Positions 18,524 to 26,638 of a stretch of DNA of 64,000 nucleotides are shown here, in pieces; position 1 is the stretch's first letter; every line of letters begins with the position of its first letter. The position numbers and the translations under genes are program-made. The notes beneath the pieces are model-generated. The model worked only from the letters and a program-made list of their open reading frames with translations. It searched no databases and was not told the DNA's origin. Source of the stretch: Planctomycetota bacterium (GTDB taxonomy: Bacteria > Planctomycetota > UBA1135 > JACQFD01); NCBI GenBank assembly GCA_016792805.1, contig JAEUHX010000042.1:132046-196045 (forward strand). The letters are read 5' to 3'.

Positions 18524-20074
18524 ATGGATCGTCCCCCGATGATGCTCCTCGCCCCTGCCCTGTTGGCGGCAGCGAGTCTTCTATCTCCGTTGGTTCCCGC
18601 CCAGGACCGGTTCGCCGCCATTGCAGACGGCGCCTCGGTCGTGCCGCCCACCGCGAGCCCTGCCACGGCGGAGATCGATTTCAGTCTCGATCCTGCGACG
18701 CAGCAGGCCTTCTACCGAATTGTGCACAATGTGCCTGGCGCCATCGGCGCCGAGGTGCGCCAGGCGTTTCCCGGCGCCAATGGCCCCGTCGCCATCGCAC
18801 TTGCTCCCGCCGGGCCCTTCGAATTTCGCGGCGTGACGCCGCCGATGAGCCCGGCCGACCGGCTGTTACTCTTTCAGGGCGGCTTTTATGTGAATATTCG
18901 GTCCGCAGCGGCTCCCGCGGGCGAGATCCGCGGCCAACTCGCGAAATATGTACATCGCGATTTCGCCTGCGATCTAAATCAAGCCAACGTCGTTCCTCCG
19001 TCGGGGAGCCCTGCCACCGGGGTTGCGCATTTCACTCTCCACGAACCCGAGAACCGGCTCACCTATCAAGTGCAGGTGTCCGGCCTCCTCTCTCCGCCGA
19101 CCGGCGCGCAGCTGCGCTTCGCGCCTCCGGGGGCCAACGGCCCCGTGGTGGTCGATCTCGGCGCGCCGCTCCCGGCCACGGCCGCCTGGGCCGGGTACAG
19201 TCCGGCCCTCACGCCGCCTCAGGTCGCAGCTCTCAAGGCCGGAAACTTTTATGTGAGTGTGGATTCGATCCTCTCGCCAGCGGGCGCGGTGCGCGGTCAG
19301 TTGACCGGCGCCAAGCAGTCGTTCTCGCTGCGAGCCAACGGCAGCCAGGTGGTGCCGCCGAACCTGAGCCCGAACCAGGGCAGAGGCGGTCTCATCTTCG
19401 ATCCCGCCACGGCGGAACTCGCCTACTCGATCGATTGGAACGGCATCAACGGGACGGGGGCCATCTTACAGATCGGCTACCCGGGTCAGCCCGGCGGCGT
19501 CCTGCTGCCTCTGGCAGGCCCGCCCAACGGCCCGTGGATCGGCAGCACCCCGCCGCTGGCCACGGCGACCGTCGATTTATTGTATCGCCAAGGCCTCAAT
19601 ATCGAGATCTTGAGCATGGCGGTCCCAACCGGCGAGCTTCGCGGTTCGGTCAGGTTGAATCATGATCATTACGGATACTCCGGAGCGACTCTTCCGGCGC
19701 CGATGGCCGGCGACCGGCGCCTCAAGATCTCGAGCGAAGGTATTCCTTCCCTCGGCGCCCCGTTCACGGTGGAGCTCTACGGGGGCATGCCCGGTGCTGC
19801 GGCGACTCTTGCTTATTGTGAGGACCTCATCGGCACTCCCCTCGACCTGCTCCCTTTCGGAGTGCCGAGCCATGTGCTTTGGGGGAACGCGCTCGGCGGC
19901 TATCCCGCGCCGCCTGTGAATCTCCACGGCGCCACGGAATTGAATTTCACCCTGCCCGTGATGGCCGCGCTGATCGGACAGGACTTCTACCTCCAGTGGT
20001 TCTCCGTGGAGCCTGGAGCGAACCCCTTGGGCCTTGTGACGAGTGATGCCATTGAGGTGGTCCTCGTCCCGTAG
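18524..20074 (+). CDS. secreted protein with three CHRD domains and a family-specific C-terminal domain
   Basis: Signal peptide MDRPPMMLLAPALLAAASLLSPLVPAQD. Three roughly 110-aa repeats end in FYVNIRSAAAPAGEIRGQL, FYVSVDSILSPAGAVRGQL and LNIEILSMAVPTGELRGSV (CHRD signature). The C-terminal ~140 aa is shared with the two FG-GAP proteins. Confidence 0.8.
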   Translation: MDRPPMMLLAPALLAAASLLSPLVPAQDRFAAIADGASVVPPTASPATAEIDFSLDPATQQAFYRIVHNVPGAIGAEVRQAFPGANGPVAIALAPAGPFEFRGVTPPMSPADRLLLFQGGFYVNIRSAAAPAGEIRGQLAKYVHRDFACDLNQANVVPPSGSPATGVAHFTLHEPENRLTYQVQVSGLLSPPTGAQLRFAPPGANGPVVVDLGAPLPATAAWAGYSPALTPPQVAALKAGNFYVSVDSILSPAGAVRGQLTGAKQSFSLRANGSQVVPPNLSPNQGRGGLIFDPATAELAYSIDWNGINGTGAILQIGYPGQPGGVLLPLAGPPNGPWIGSTPPLATATVDLLYRQGLNIEILSMAVPTGELRGSVRLNHDHYGYSGATLPAPMAGDRRLKISSEGIPSLGAPFTVELYGGMPGAAATLAYCEDLIGTPLDLLPFGVPSHVLWGNALGGYPAPPVNLHGATELNFTLPVMAALIGQDFYLQWFSVEPGANPLGLVTSDAIEVVLVP

Positions 20075-20096
20075 CCGAATCTCTTCGCCTGCACAC

Positions 20097-20147
20097 GGAG
20101 GCCGGCGCCGATGGGCTGACCCACTCGGTGCCGGCCTCCTTCTCTTG
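20097..20147 (+). terminator. putative rho-independent terminator
   Basis: A 10-bp GC stem, GGAGGCCGGC (20097-20106) with GCCGGCCTCC (20130-20139), is followed by TTCTCTTG. It lies 23 nt after the CHRD gene stop. Confidence 0.55.
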
Positions 20148-20200
20148 CCAACCCCTGGGGCGGCGGCCATTCTCCTCGGCCTTCCATTCCGGAAACCCCC

Positions 20201-21982
20201 ATGTCCGCCGAACAGGTTTCGTTCCTCGACCGCAAGCTGGCTGCAGGCCCCTATCCGCTCGACACCCTGCGCCACTCGACGGCCCACTTGATGGCCTCCG
20301 CCGTGCAGAAGCTGTGGCCGGGGACGCGGTTCGGCGTCGGTCCGTCGATCGAACATCGCTTCTATTACGACTTCGCGTTTCCCGAAGGAGTGCGCCTCAC
20401 CGACGAGGACCTGCCGCGCATCGAGCAGGAGATGCGCCGCATTGCCAACGAAAAGCGCCCCTTCAGCTGCACAACGGTGTCGCGCGACGAGGCGAAGCAG
20501 CGTCTCGCCGCCATGGGCCAACCTTACAAACTCGAGATTCTCTCGGGGATCCTCGAAGGGGAGCCCATTACTTTTTATTCTCACGGCGATTGGCAGGATT
20601 TGTGCGAAGGGCCCCACGTCGCGTCAACCGAACAGCTGAAGCACTTTAAGTTGCTTTCGGTGGCGGGCGCCTACTGGCGCGGCGATGAGAAGCGCGACCA
20701 ACTCACTCGCCTCTACGGCACCGCCTTCTGGTCGAAGGACGATCTCGACTCATACCTCGCTTATCTCGAGGAGTGCGAGAAGCGCGACCACCGGACGCTC
20801 GGCAGGTCGCTCGACCTTTTTTCGATCCATCCCGAAGTCGGGCCCGGATTCATTTTTTGGCATCCGAATCTTGCGATTCCGCGCCGCGCCATCGAGGAGT
20901 TCTGGTGGTCGGAGCACCAGCGCCGCGGCTACCAGCCGGTCTACACGCCCCATTTGGCTTCGGAAGAGCTCTTCAAGGTCTCCGGGCATCTTCAGAACTA
21001 CGGCGACCTGATGTACAGCCCCATGGATATCGATGGGCAGAACTATCGGGTGAAGCCGATGAACTGCCCGGGGCACATCAAGATTTTCCAGAGCCAGATC
21101 CGCTCGTATCGCGACCTGCCGATCCGCTACGCCGAGCTCGGCACCGTCTATCGGTATGAGCGCAGCGGTGTGCTCCATGGCATGCTGCGAGTGCGCGGAT
21201 TTACACAAGACGATTCTCACATTTTCTGCACACACGAGCAGCTCGAAGGCGAGCTCGTGGGCGTGCTGGAATTAGTGAAATTCCTCGTGCGGACTTTCGG
21301 ATATCAATTCCGCGCCTATCTGGCGACTCGGCCCGAGAAGTCGATCGGCGGCAACGAAGTGTGGGAGCACGCGACGCGCGCACTCGGCAACGCGGCCGAG
21401 CGGACGGGGATCTCCACGGAGGTCGACCCCGGCGGCGGCGCCTTCTACGGGCCGAAAATTGACTTCAAGCTGAAGGATGCGCTCGGCCGCGAATGGCAGG
21501 GGCCGACCGTTCAGTGCGATTTCAATCTTCCGGAGCGATTCGCCCTCGAATACGTCGGCAAGGACAACCTGCGCCACCGTCCGGTCATGGTGCACCGAGC
21601 CGTGCTCGGCTCCTTCGAGCGATTTGTGGGCGGCCTCGTCGAACATTTCAGCGGCCGCTTCCCGCTCTGGCTCTCGCCGGTGCAGATTGCACTCATCCCG
21701 ATCAAGGATGAGCAGGAGGAGTACTGCCGCTCGCTGCGGGAGACGCTGGTCTTCGAGGGTTTCCGCGCCCAGGTGTATGCCCAGGGCACGAACCTCAATC
21801 AACGCGTCAAGGCGGCCCAGCAGGACCAGGTTCCTTACATGGCCGTCTGCGGCGGGCGCGAGGTCGAGTCGAAGGCCGTTTCGCTGCGTCTTCGTACGGG
21901 CGAGAACCGGGGCGCGATGTCGTTCGAGAGCTTCGTGGCGATGCTCAAAGAGAAGCGCGCAGCCAAGGCGCTCGATTTGTAA
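20201..21982 (+). CDS. thrS: threonine--tRNA ligase (no N-terminal TGS domain)
   Basis: HSTAHLMASAVQKLWP (editing-domain His pair). Class II motifs are present: HRTLG, FIFWHPN, MNCPGH, YRYERSG, FTQDDSHIF. An anticodon-binding C-terminus is present. Only about 24 aa precede the editing domain. Confidence 0.92.
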   Translation: MSAEQVSFLDRKLAAGPYPLDTLRHSTAHLMASAVQKLWPGTRFGVGPSIEHRFYYDFAFPEGVRLTDEDLPRIEQEMRRIANEKRPFSCTTVSRDEAKQRLAAMGQPYKLEILSGILEGEPITFYSHGDWQDLCEGPHVASTEQLKHFKLLSVAGAYWRGDEKRDQLTRLYGTAFWSKDDLDSYLAYLEECEKRDHRTLGRSLDLFSIHPEVGPGFIFWHPNLAIPRRAIEEFWWSEHQRRGYQPVYTPHLASEELFKVSGHLQNYGDLMYSPMDIDGQNYRVKPMNCPGHIKIFQSQIRSYRDLPIRYAELGTVYRYERSGVLHGMLRVRGFTQDDSHIFCTHEQLEGELVGVLELVKFLVRTFGYQFRAYLATRPEKSIGGNEVWEHATRALGNAAERTGISTEVDPGGGAFYGPKIDFKLKDALGREWQGPTVQCDFNLPERFALEYVGKDNLRHRPVMVHRAVLGSFERFVGGLVEHFSGRFPLWLSPVQIALIPIKDEQEEYCRSLRETLVFEGFRAQVYAQGTNLNQRVKAAQQDQVPYMAVCGGREVESKAVSLRLRTGENRGAMSFESFVAMLKEKRAAKALDL

Positions 21983-22015
21983 TCGTTGCGTCTGTAATCG
22001 CGGCGCTCGATCGCT

Positions 22016-22035
22016 GCGGATCGTTACCGATCCGC
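22016..22035. terminator. hairpin between convergent thrS and pyruvate-kinase-like gene
   Basis: GCGGATCG-TTAC-CGATCCGC is a perfect 8-bp stem. The loop contains the TAA stop of the minus-strand gene. There is no clear U-tract. Confidence 0.35.
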
Positions 22036-23901
22036 GCCGTGGGCGAACAGCGATTCCGTGACTCGAAGACGCCGAAGCATCGGCGTCTTCTTGTCTTGAT
22101 GCTGGCGCATGCGCGTCAGGATGTCCGAAAGTGCGCGGACGGCTTCCGCCGCGTGTGGCCCTTTGTTGAGCATCACACATTCCGCGCGCTCGCCCATGGC
22201 GGCATCGGTGATTTCCGCGCGCGACGGCAGCCCCGTCTTCGCCAGGCTCTCAAGCACCTGCGTCGCCCAGATGGCGGGCACATGGGCCGCCTGGCATAGC
22301 CACAGAATCTCCTCTTGCACCTCTGCGAGCCGCTCGAACCCGCATTCCACGGCGAGGTCGCCGCGGGCGATCATGATGCCGACGGGGTAGGAGCGCAGCG
22401 CCGCCAGGAGAAGGCGCGGGAGCTGTGCGAAGGCCTCCTGGGTTTCAATTTTCAGCACGATCGCCACCCCGTTCGCGCCGCGCCGACTCAGCTCCTCCCG
22501 CAGAGAATCCACATCTTCGGGGGATTTCACAAAAGAGAGCCCGACGATGTCGGCACGGGCCGCGGCGAAATCGAGCGCCGCCAAGTCCTCGGGCTGCAGT
22601 CCCCGGATGGGGATCTTGGAGTCGGGGAGGTTAATACCTTTGGAGGCTCCGATCTTCCCGAGGGGTCCCGGCGTATGGGTGATTCTCAACCATGCGCCCT
22701 CGGGCGCCGGATGCTCGACGACGGCGCCGACCTTTCCATCATCGAAGAGCACGCGCTCGCCGGAATGGAGCGCCGCGACGACCGAGGGAATAGTGCAGGC
22801 GATCTCCGCCGGCGAGATGGCCTCGCCGCGATCATTGAACATGGGCAGGCGGCTCAGCTCGCGCCCGTGCAGCAGCACGCGGTCGCCTGCGCGCACGGGA
22901 ACCTCCTGCTCGAGGGCCGGCAGGGGACCGAGCGCTTCAACGGCCCTCTCGCTTCCGCAGCATGCCTTGAGCTCGGTGCCGGGGCCCACATAGGTCGTCT
23001 CGTCGCACGCTCCGAAAACGCGGTCGAGTTCACAATGGGTCACTGTGATCTCGCGCTTCTTGCCGCGGAGATCGCGCAGCGTGATGCGCGCGTCGGGTGC
23101 GAGCCGCGAGAGGAACCAGGGCGAGACGCGAAGCACGGCGTCGGCGCCCGCTTCGGTCAAGGGATCGGGGTCTCCGCTGCGCAGGCAGATCCGCGCTGGC
23201 GCGGTCACCGTACCCGTGGCGTCGCGCCTTGGCTTCCAGCGCACAACTTGGGGGCCCGGCTCCACGACGCCGGTGCGAAGTTTGGGGCCGGGGAGATCGA
23301 ACAGGATTCGGCAAGGGATCCCGGAGGTTTCGGCCGCGTCGCGGACATGCCGCGCCATCGATTCCCAGGCGGCGGGACCGTCGTGGGCGCCATTGATCCG
23401 CACGGCATTGGCTCCCTCGGCGAGAAGTCGACGCGCCAAGCTCGCGTCGGTCGCCGCCTCGCTCGGCAGCGTCACGAGAATGCGCACCTCTCGGTGCTCG
23501 GGTGCCGGACCGAGGAGTGCCGCCGTGTGGCGCTCGAGGAGACGCTGTGCCTCCCGGAGTGACACGGCGGCGGGGAACCGATCCCCGGCTGGCGCGTCGC
23601 CCGAGAGCTGTGCCAGAACATCGCAGACGGCCTCCAGGTTCGAGAGCACATGCGACTCCGCGCGCCCGAGCGAGGAGAGCCCCAGCTCGGCCAGCTCGAG
23701 CTGAAGATTGCGCAGGTCAACGTGCCGTAGAGCGAGGTAGTGCAGGAGGTTGCGTGCGCTAGCGCGGTTCTCCGGCACGGCGGCCGCAATGGCTGCGGCC
23801 TGCTCGGCCTCGAGGTCGAGGGCCGAGCTGCGCAGGCCGCTCAGGCTCCCGAGGAGCTGGCGAAGCCGATCAACGTGCCGTCGTGGAGAGGCCGGGACCA
23901 T
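22024..23901 (-). CDS. pyruvate kinase family protein, atypical architecture
   Basis: PK barrel motifs are present: INGAHD, LFDLPGPKLRTG, KGINLPDS, VGLSFVKSPEDV, IVLKIETQEAF, GIMIARGDLAVE, PAIWATQVLESL, PSRAEITDAA, MLNKGPH. It also has a ~130-aa N-terminal helical extension and an enlarged B-domain insert, and it lacks the C-terminal allosteric domain. Confidence 0.75.
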   Translation of the reverse strand: MVPASPRRHVDRLRQLLGSLSGLRSSALDLEAEQAAAIAAAVPENRASARNLLHYLALRHVDLRNLQLELAELGLSSLGRAESHVLSNLEAVCDVLAQLSGDAPAGDRFPAAVSLREAQRLLERHTAALLGPAPEHREVRILVTLPSEAATDASLARRLLAEGANAVRINGAHDGPAAWESMARHVRDAAETSGIPCRILFDLPGPKLRTGVVEPGPQVVRWKPRRDATGTVTAPARICLRSGDPDPLTEAGADAVLRVSPWFLSRLAPDARITLRDLRGKKREITVTHCELDRVFGACDETTYVGPGTELKACCGSERAVEALGPLPALEQEVPVRAGDRVLLHGRELSRLPMFNDRGEAISPAEIACTIPSVVAALHSGERVLFDDGKVGAVVEHPAPEGAWLRITHTPGPLGKIGASKGINLPDSKIPIRGLQPEDLAALDFAAARADIVGLSFVKSPEDVDSLREELSRRGANGVAIVLKIETQEAFAQLPRLLLAALRSYPVGIMIARGDLAVECGFERLAEVQEEILWLCQAAHVPAIWATQVLESLAKTGLPSRAEITDAAMGERAECVMLNKGPHAAEAVRALSDILTRMRQHQDKKTPMLRRLRVTESLFAHGADR

Positions 23902-23971
23902 GCCTCTTCACGAGACAACCGCGATGCCGAAGTGCTGTGAACTCGCCGCGAGGAGCGTGCGAGGCCGGCTC

Positions 23972-24364
23972 TCAGCGGGGCGCGCGGCGGCGCGTCGTGC
24001 GGGACGCGGCGTTCGAACGGGGCTCGAGCCCAGCGGACCAGAAATGGGGGAACGGCGCCTTCGCTTCGGGGAGGCGGCTAAGCTTCATTCCGACCTCGTC
24101 GCAAAGTTCACCAAAACGCCCCCAGATCTCCATGACGGCGGAATTGTGGTGTGCGCGCTCCGCGGCCGTCTCATCGGCCCATTCGAAGATCTCCATCACG
24201 ATGCGCGGATCGATCGTGCTGCGAAGGACCCAGGCGGGTCGCTGCGTGCGCAGCTTCTGTTGGAGAAGCACGCGGGCGTGGTCGGTGAGGAGCTTGCGGA
24301 TGCGTGCCGGTGTCGCCGTGCTCTTGAAGCGGTACACGGCGAGGACAGTTTGGGGCTTGGACAT
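23972..24364 (-). CDS. ABM (antibiotic biosynthesis monooxygenase)-like small protein
   Basis: ATG 24364 gives MSKPQTVLAVYRFKS...IVMEIFEWADETAAERAHHNSAVMEIWGRF, which resembles the ferredoxin-like ABM/Dabb fold pattern. The longer track ORF (to 24721) overlaps the NUDIX gene. Confidence 0.45.
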   Translation of the reverse strand: MSKPQTVLAVYRFKSTATPARIRKLLTDHARVLLQQKLRTQRPAWVLRSTIDPRIVMEIFEWADETAAERAHHNSAVMEIWGRFGELCDEVGMKLSRLPEAKAPFPHFWSAGLEPRSNAASRTTRRRAPR

Positions 24365-24479
24365 GGGAGGTTTGGTAAGGAGACCCCCAGCATACGAGGC
24401 GCGGGCGCGAGGTGACTGCGCGTCGCGGCGCCCCGGGGAATGGCCGCGCAAATCGCGGGCGGCTGCGTATTGTGACTCC

Positions 24480-25028
24480 ATGGCCGAGCACCCGCAGCCC
24501 TGGACCCACGCTGGCGACGACTCGACGGAGGACCACCACATCTTTCGGGTCCGCCGATTTCTGGCAGCCGACCCGCGCGACGGAAGCCGCCATCCGCGGG
24601 TGGTTCTCGAATGTAATGATTGGGTGAACATCATCCCAGTCACGGACGATGGCCGCGTGGTGCTGATCCGACAATTCCGGTTCGGCGTCTGGGCAAACAC
24701 CCTCGAGATTCCAGGGGGCATGTGCGAGCAGGGCGAGGATCCGGCGATCGCGGCGGCGCGCGAGCTGGAGGAAGAGACGGGCTATCGGCCCGCGCGCGTG
24801 GAGCCGCTCGGATTCTGCCACCCCAATCCCGCGATTCAGTGCAATCGTACTTTTTCCTATCTTGCGCACGGATGTGTGCCGGTGCATGGCGGGCGGCCGG
24901 ACCACGGAGAGGACATCCGTGTTGAGGTCGTCGACCGGGACGAGCTCATTCAGCTCGTTCGGGAAGGTCACATTACCCACGCGCTTGTATTGGTAGCGTT
25001 CTTGCTCGAGTCGTGGCGCGCCCGGTGA
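24480..25028 (+). CDS. NUDIX hydrolase (ADP-ribose pyrophosphatase-like)
   Basis: Nudix box GGMCEQGEDPAIAAARELEEETGY, with start ATG 24480 (MAEHPQPW). The upstream part of track ORF 23883..25028 is non-homologous. Confidence 0.85.
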   Translation: MAEHPQPWTHAGDDSTEDHHIFRVRRFLAADPRDGSRHPRVVLECNDWVNIIPVTDDGRVVLIRQFRFGVWANTLEIPGGMCEQGEDPAIAAARELEEETGYRPARVEPLGFCHPNPAIQCNRTFSYLAHGCVPVHGGRPDHGEDIRVEVVDRDELIQLVREGHITHALVLVAFLLESWRAR

Positions 25029-25329
25029 AGCGGCTGGCGGCCTCACGGGGCGGCAGCGCGATACCGGCTTCTCCGAGACCGACGGAGACGTGCACGCGCA
25101 ATGGAAGCTCTCGCAGCGCTGCTGGCTCGAGTCGGCTGCTCAGCATGTGGATCAGGACGACATCCCGCGCGCCGCGTTCATAAAAACGGCGCCGAGCTTT
25201 CACGGCACGTCGCCCGGGGCCCGACGCGGAGCGCGACCAGACTACGCTCTGGTGGAATCGTACACAACGGCGGACGGATCGCGTCCGCGACGCTGCTCGC
25301 TCTCAAAGAACGGGGGCCGACACTCAAGC

Positions 25330-26116
25330 GCTTGGAGCTTCATTCCAGGGAGCCTTCGCGCGCTTGTGCGAGCCTTCGAGGACCTGAATTTATTCGGCGG
25401 CGTCTCACAGGGGGTTTCGCGCGCCGACGATCGGCGATCTCACCGAGTCTCAAGAGATGAGCGTCGGCACCGTTCCGACGCCGAATCTCGGAGTGGAGAA
25501 ATATGTGCAGTTGAAGGCGGTCGCGAAGGCCCGGGGCGGCCGCTTCGACCTGCAGGCGTCCTACGGGTACACGCACGTCGACGGAGGAATTATGGTGACT
25601 CCCAAGGGAGAGCTTGGAGGCGGGCTCCCCGTCGTTACGAAGTCGGACTCGGGAGATGGATTTGTAAGTTCGGTCGACCTGTTGGGGCGCGTGAGCCTCG
25701 CCGATCCGGTGTCGTTCTTTGGAGCCGCTTCTTGGATGGAGGGATCTGTGGACGAGGTCGTGCTTCCGCAAGGCAATAAAGTGAGAAGTCCCATCACTCC
25801 ATCTACGCCGCCGTTTGCGCAACTTGGGCCGCGCGTCGAGCCGGGCCCCAAGGGGCTCCACCTGGAGGCGCAGGCGCGAGGAGCGCTGCGCCAGGACAAG
25901 CTCTCGCTGCGCGACAAGACCGACGTCTTCCGAATTCCGCCGCGCGGAACGCCCGGATACTTGGTATTCGATCTCCGCGCCGGTGCCGAAGTGCTCCGCG
26001 ACGCCGAGATCTCGCTCGCGCTTGAGAACCTTACCGATGAGACCTGCCGAATCCACGGCAGCGGCATCCATGAGCCGGGGTTCCATTTCGTCCTCGGGCT
26101 CCCCGTGCGGTTCTGA
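25330..26116 (+). pseudogene. TonB-dependent receptor remnant (C-terminal barrel only, frameshifted)
   Basis: The end is typical of a TBDR barrel: YLVFDLRAGAEV...ISLALENLTDETCRIHGSGIHEPGFHFVLGLPVRF. Upstream, LNLFGGVSQG (frame 1) continues as FRAPTIGDLT (frame 2), so a 1-nt frameshift near 25410 is needed. No plug or N-terminal barrel fits between 25029 and 25330. The 5' boundary is uncertain. Confidence 0.6.
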
Positions 26117-26269
26117 GCGACCAAGGGCCCGCCGCGGGGCGTCCGGGTTGGCCCGCAGGCTGGGAGCCGTTGTCCCGTGGCGAAGGACACCGCGGCGGAT
26201 GCGCACCTCCCTTCGCCCGCGCCTCCTCGATTGCGACTCACTACGCTGCCTCGTACGGTCCCGCCACCG

Positions 26270-26638
26270 ATGCTCCCCGGCCAGATCACGCTCCTCGAAG
26301 CCCACGGGTGCGAGCCTGCCGCGCTGCGCGCGCCCGCGTCGGCGCAGGCGCTCTTCGAAGAGATCGTGCGTCGACTCGACTTGCGGCCCGTCGCGCCTGC
26401 CGCATGGCATCGATTCCCCGAGCCCGGCGGATACACGGGGTTCCTGCTCCTGTCGGAGTCTCACCTTTCGATTCACACATTTCCGGAGCACGGCTACGCG
26501 GCCGTCGATTTGTACTGTTGCAAGGCGCGCTCCGCTCCCGATTGGCGCGGGCTTCTGGCTCGCCACCTCGGAGCGCGCGAGGTCTCGATCCGCCTCGTCG
26601 ATCGGGGCGTCCGCGCGGCTGCGGAGGAAATGCCGTGA
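26270..26638 (+). CDS. speH: S-adenosylmethionine decarboxylase proenzyme (class 1, SpeH/SpeD-like)
   Basis: Self-processing motif LLLSESHLSIHTFPEHGYAAVDLY. ATG 26270 gives a typical ~120-aa protein. The stop overlaps the GTG start of the next gene. Confidence 0.85.
   Translation: MLPGQITLLEAHGCEPAALRAPASAQALFEEIVRRLDLRPVAPAAWHRFPEPGGYTGFLLLSESHLSIHTFPEHGYAAVDLYCCKARSAPDWRGLLARHLGAREVSIRLVDRGVRAAAEEMP

Noticed and set aside
22315-23562. 415-aa plus-strand ORF
   Set aside because: It is antisense to the pyruvate-kinase-like gene, and its composition is artefactual.
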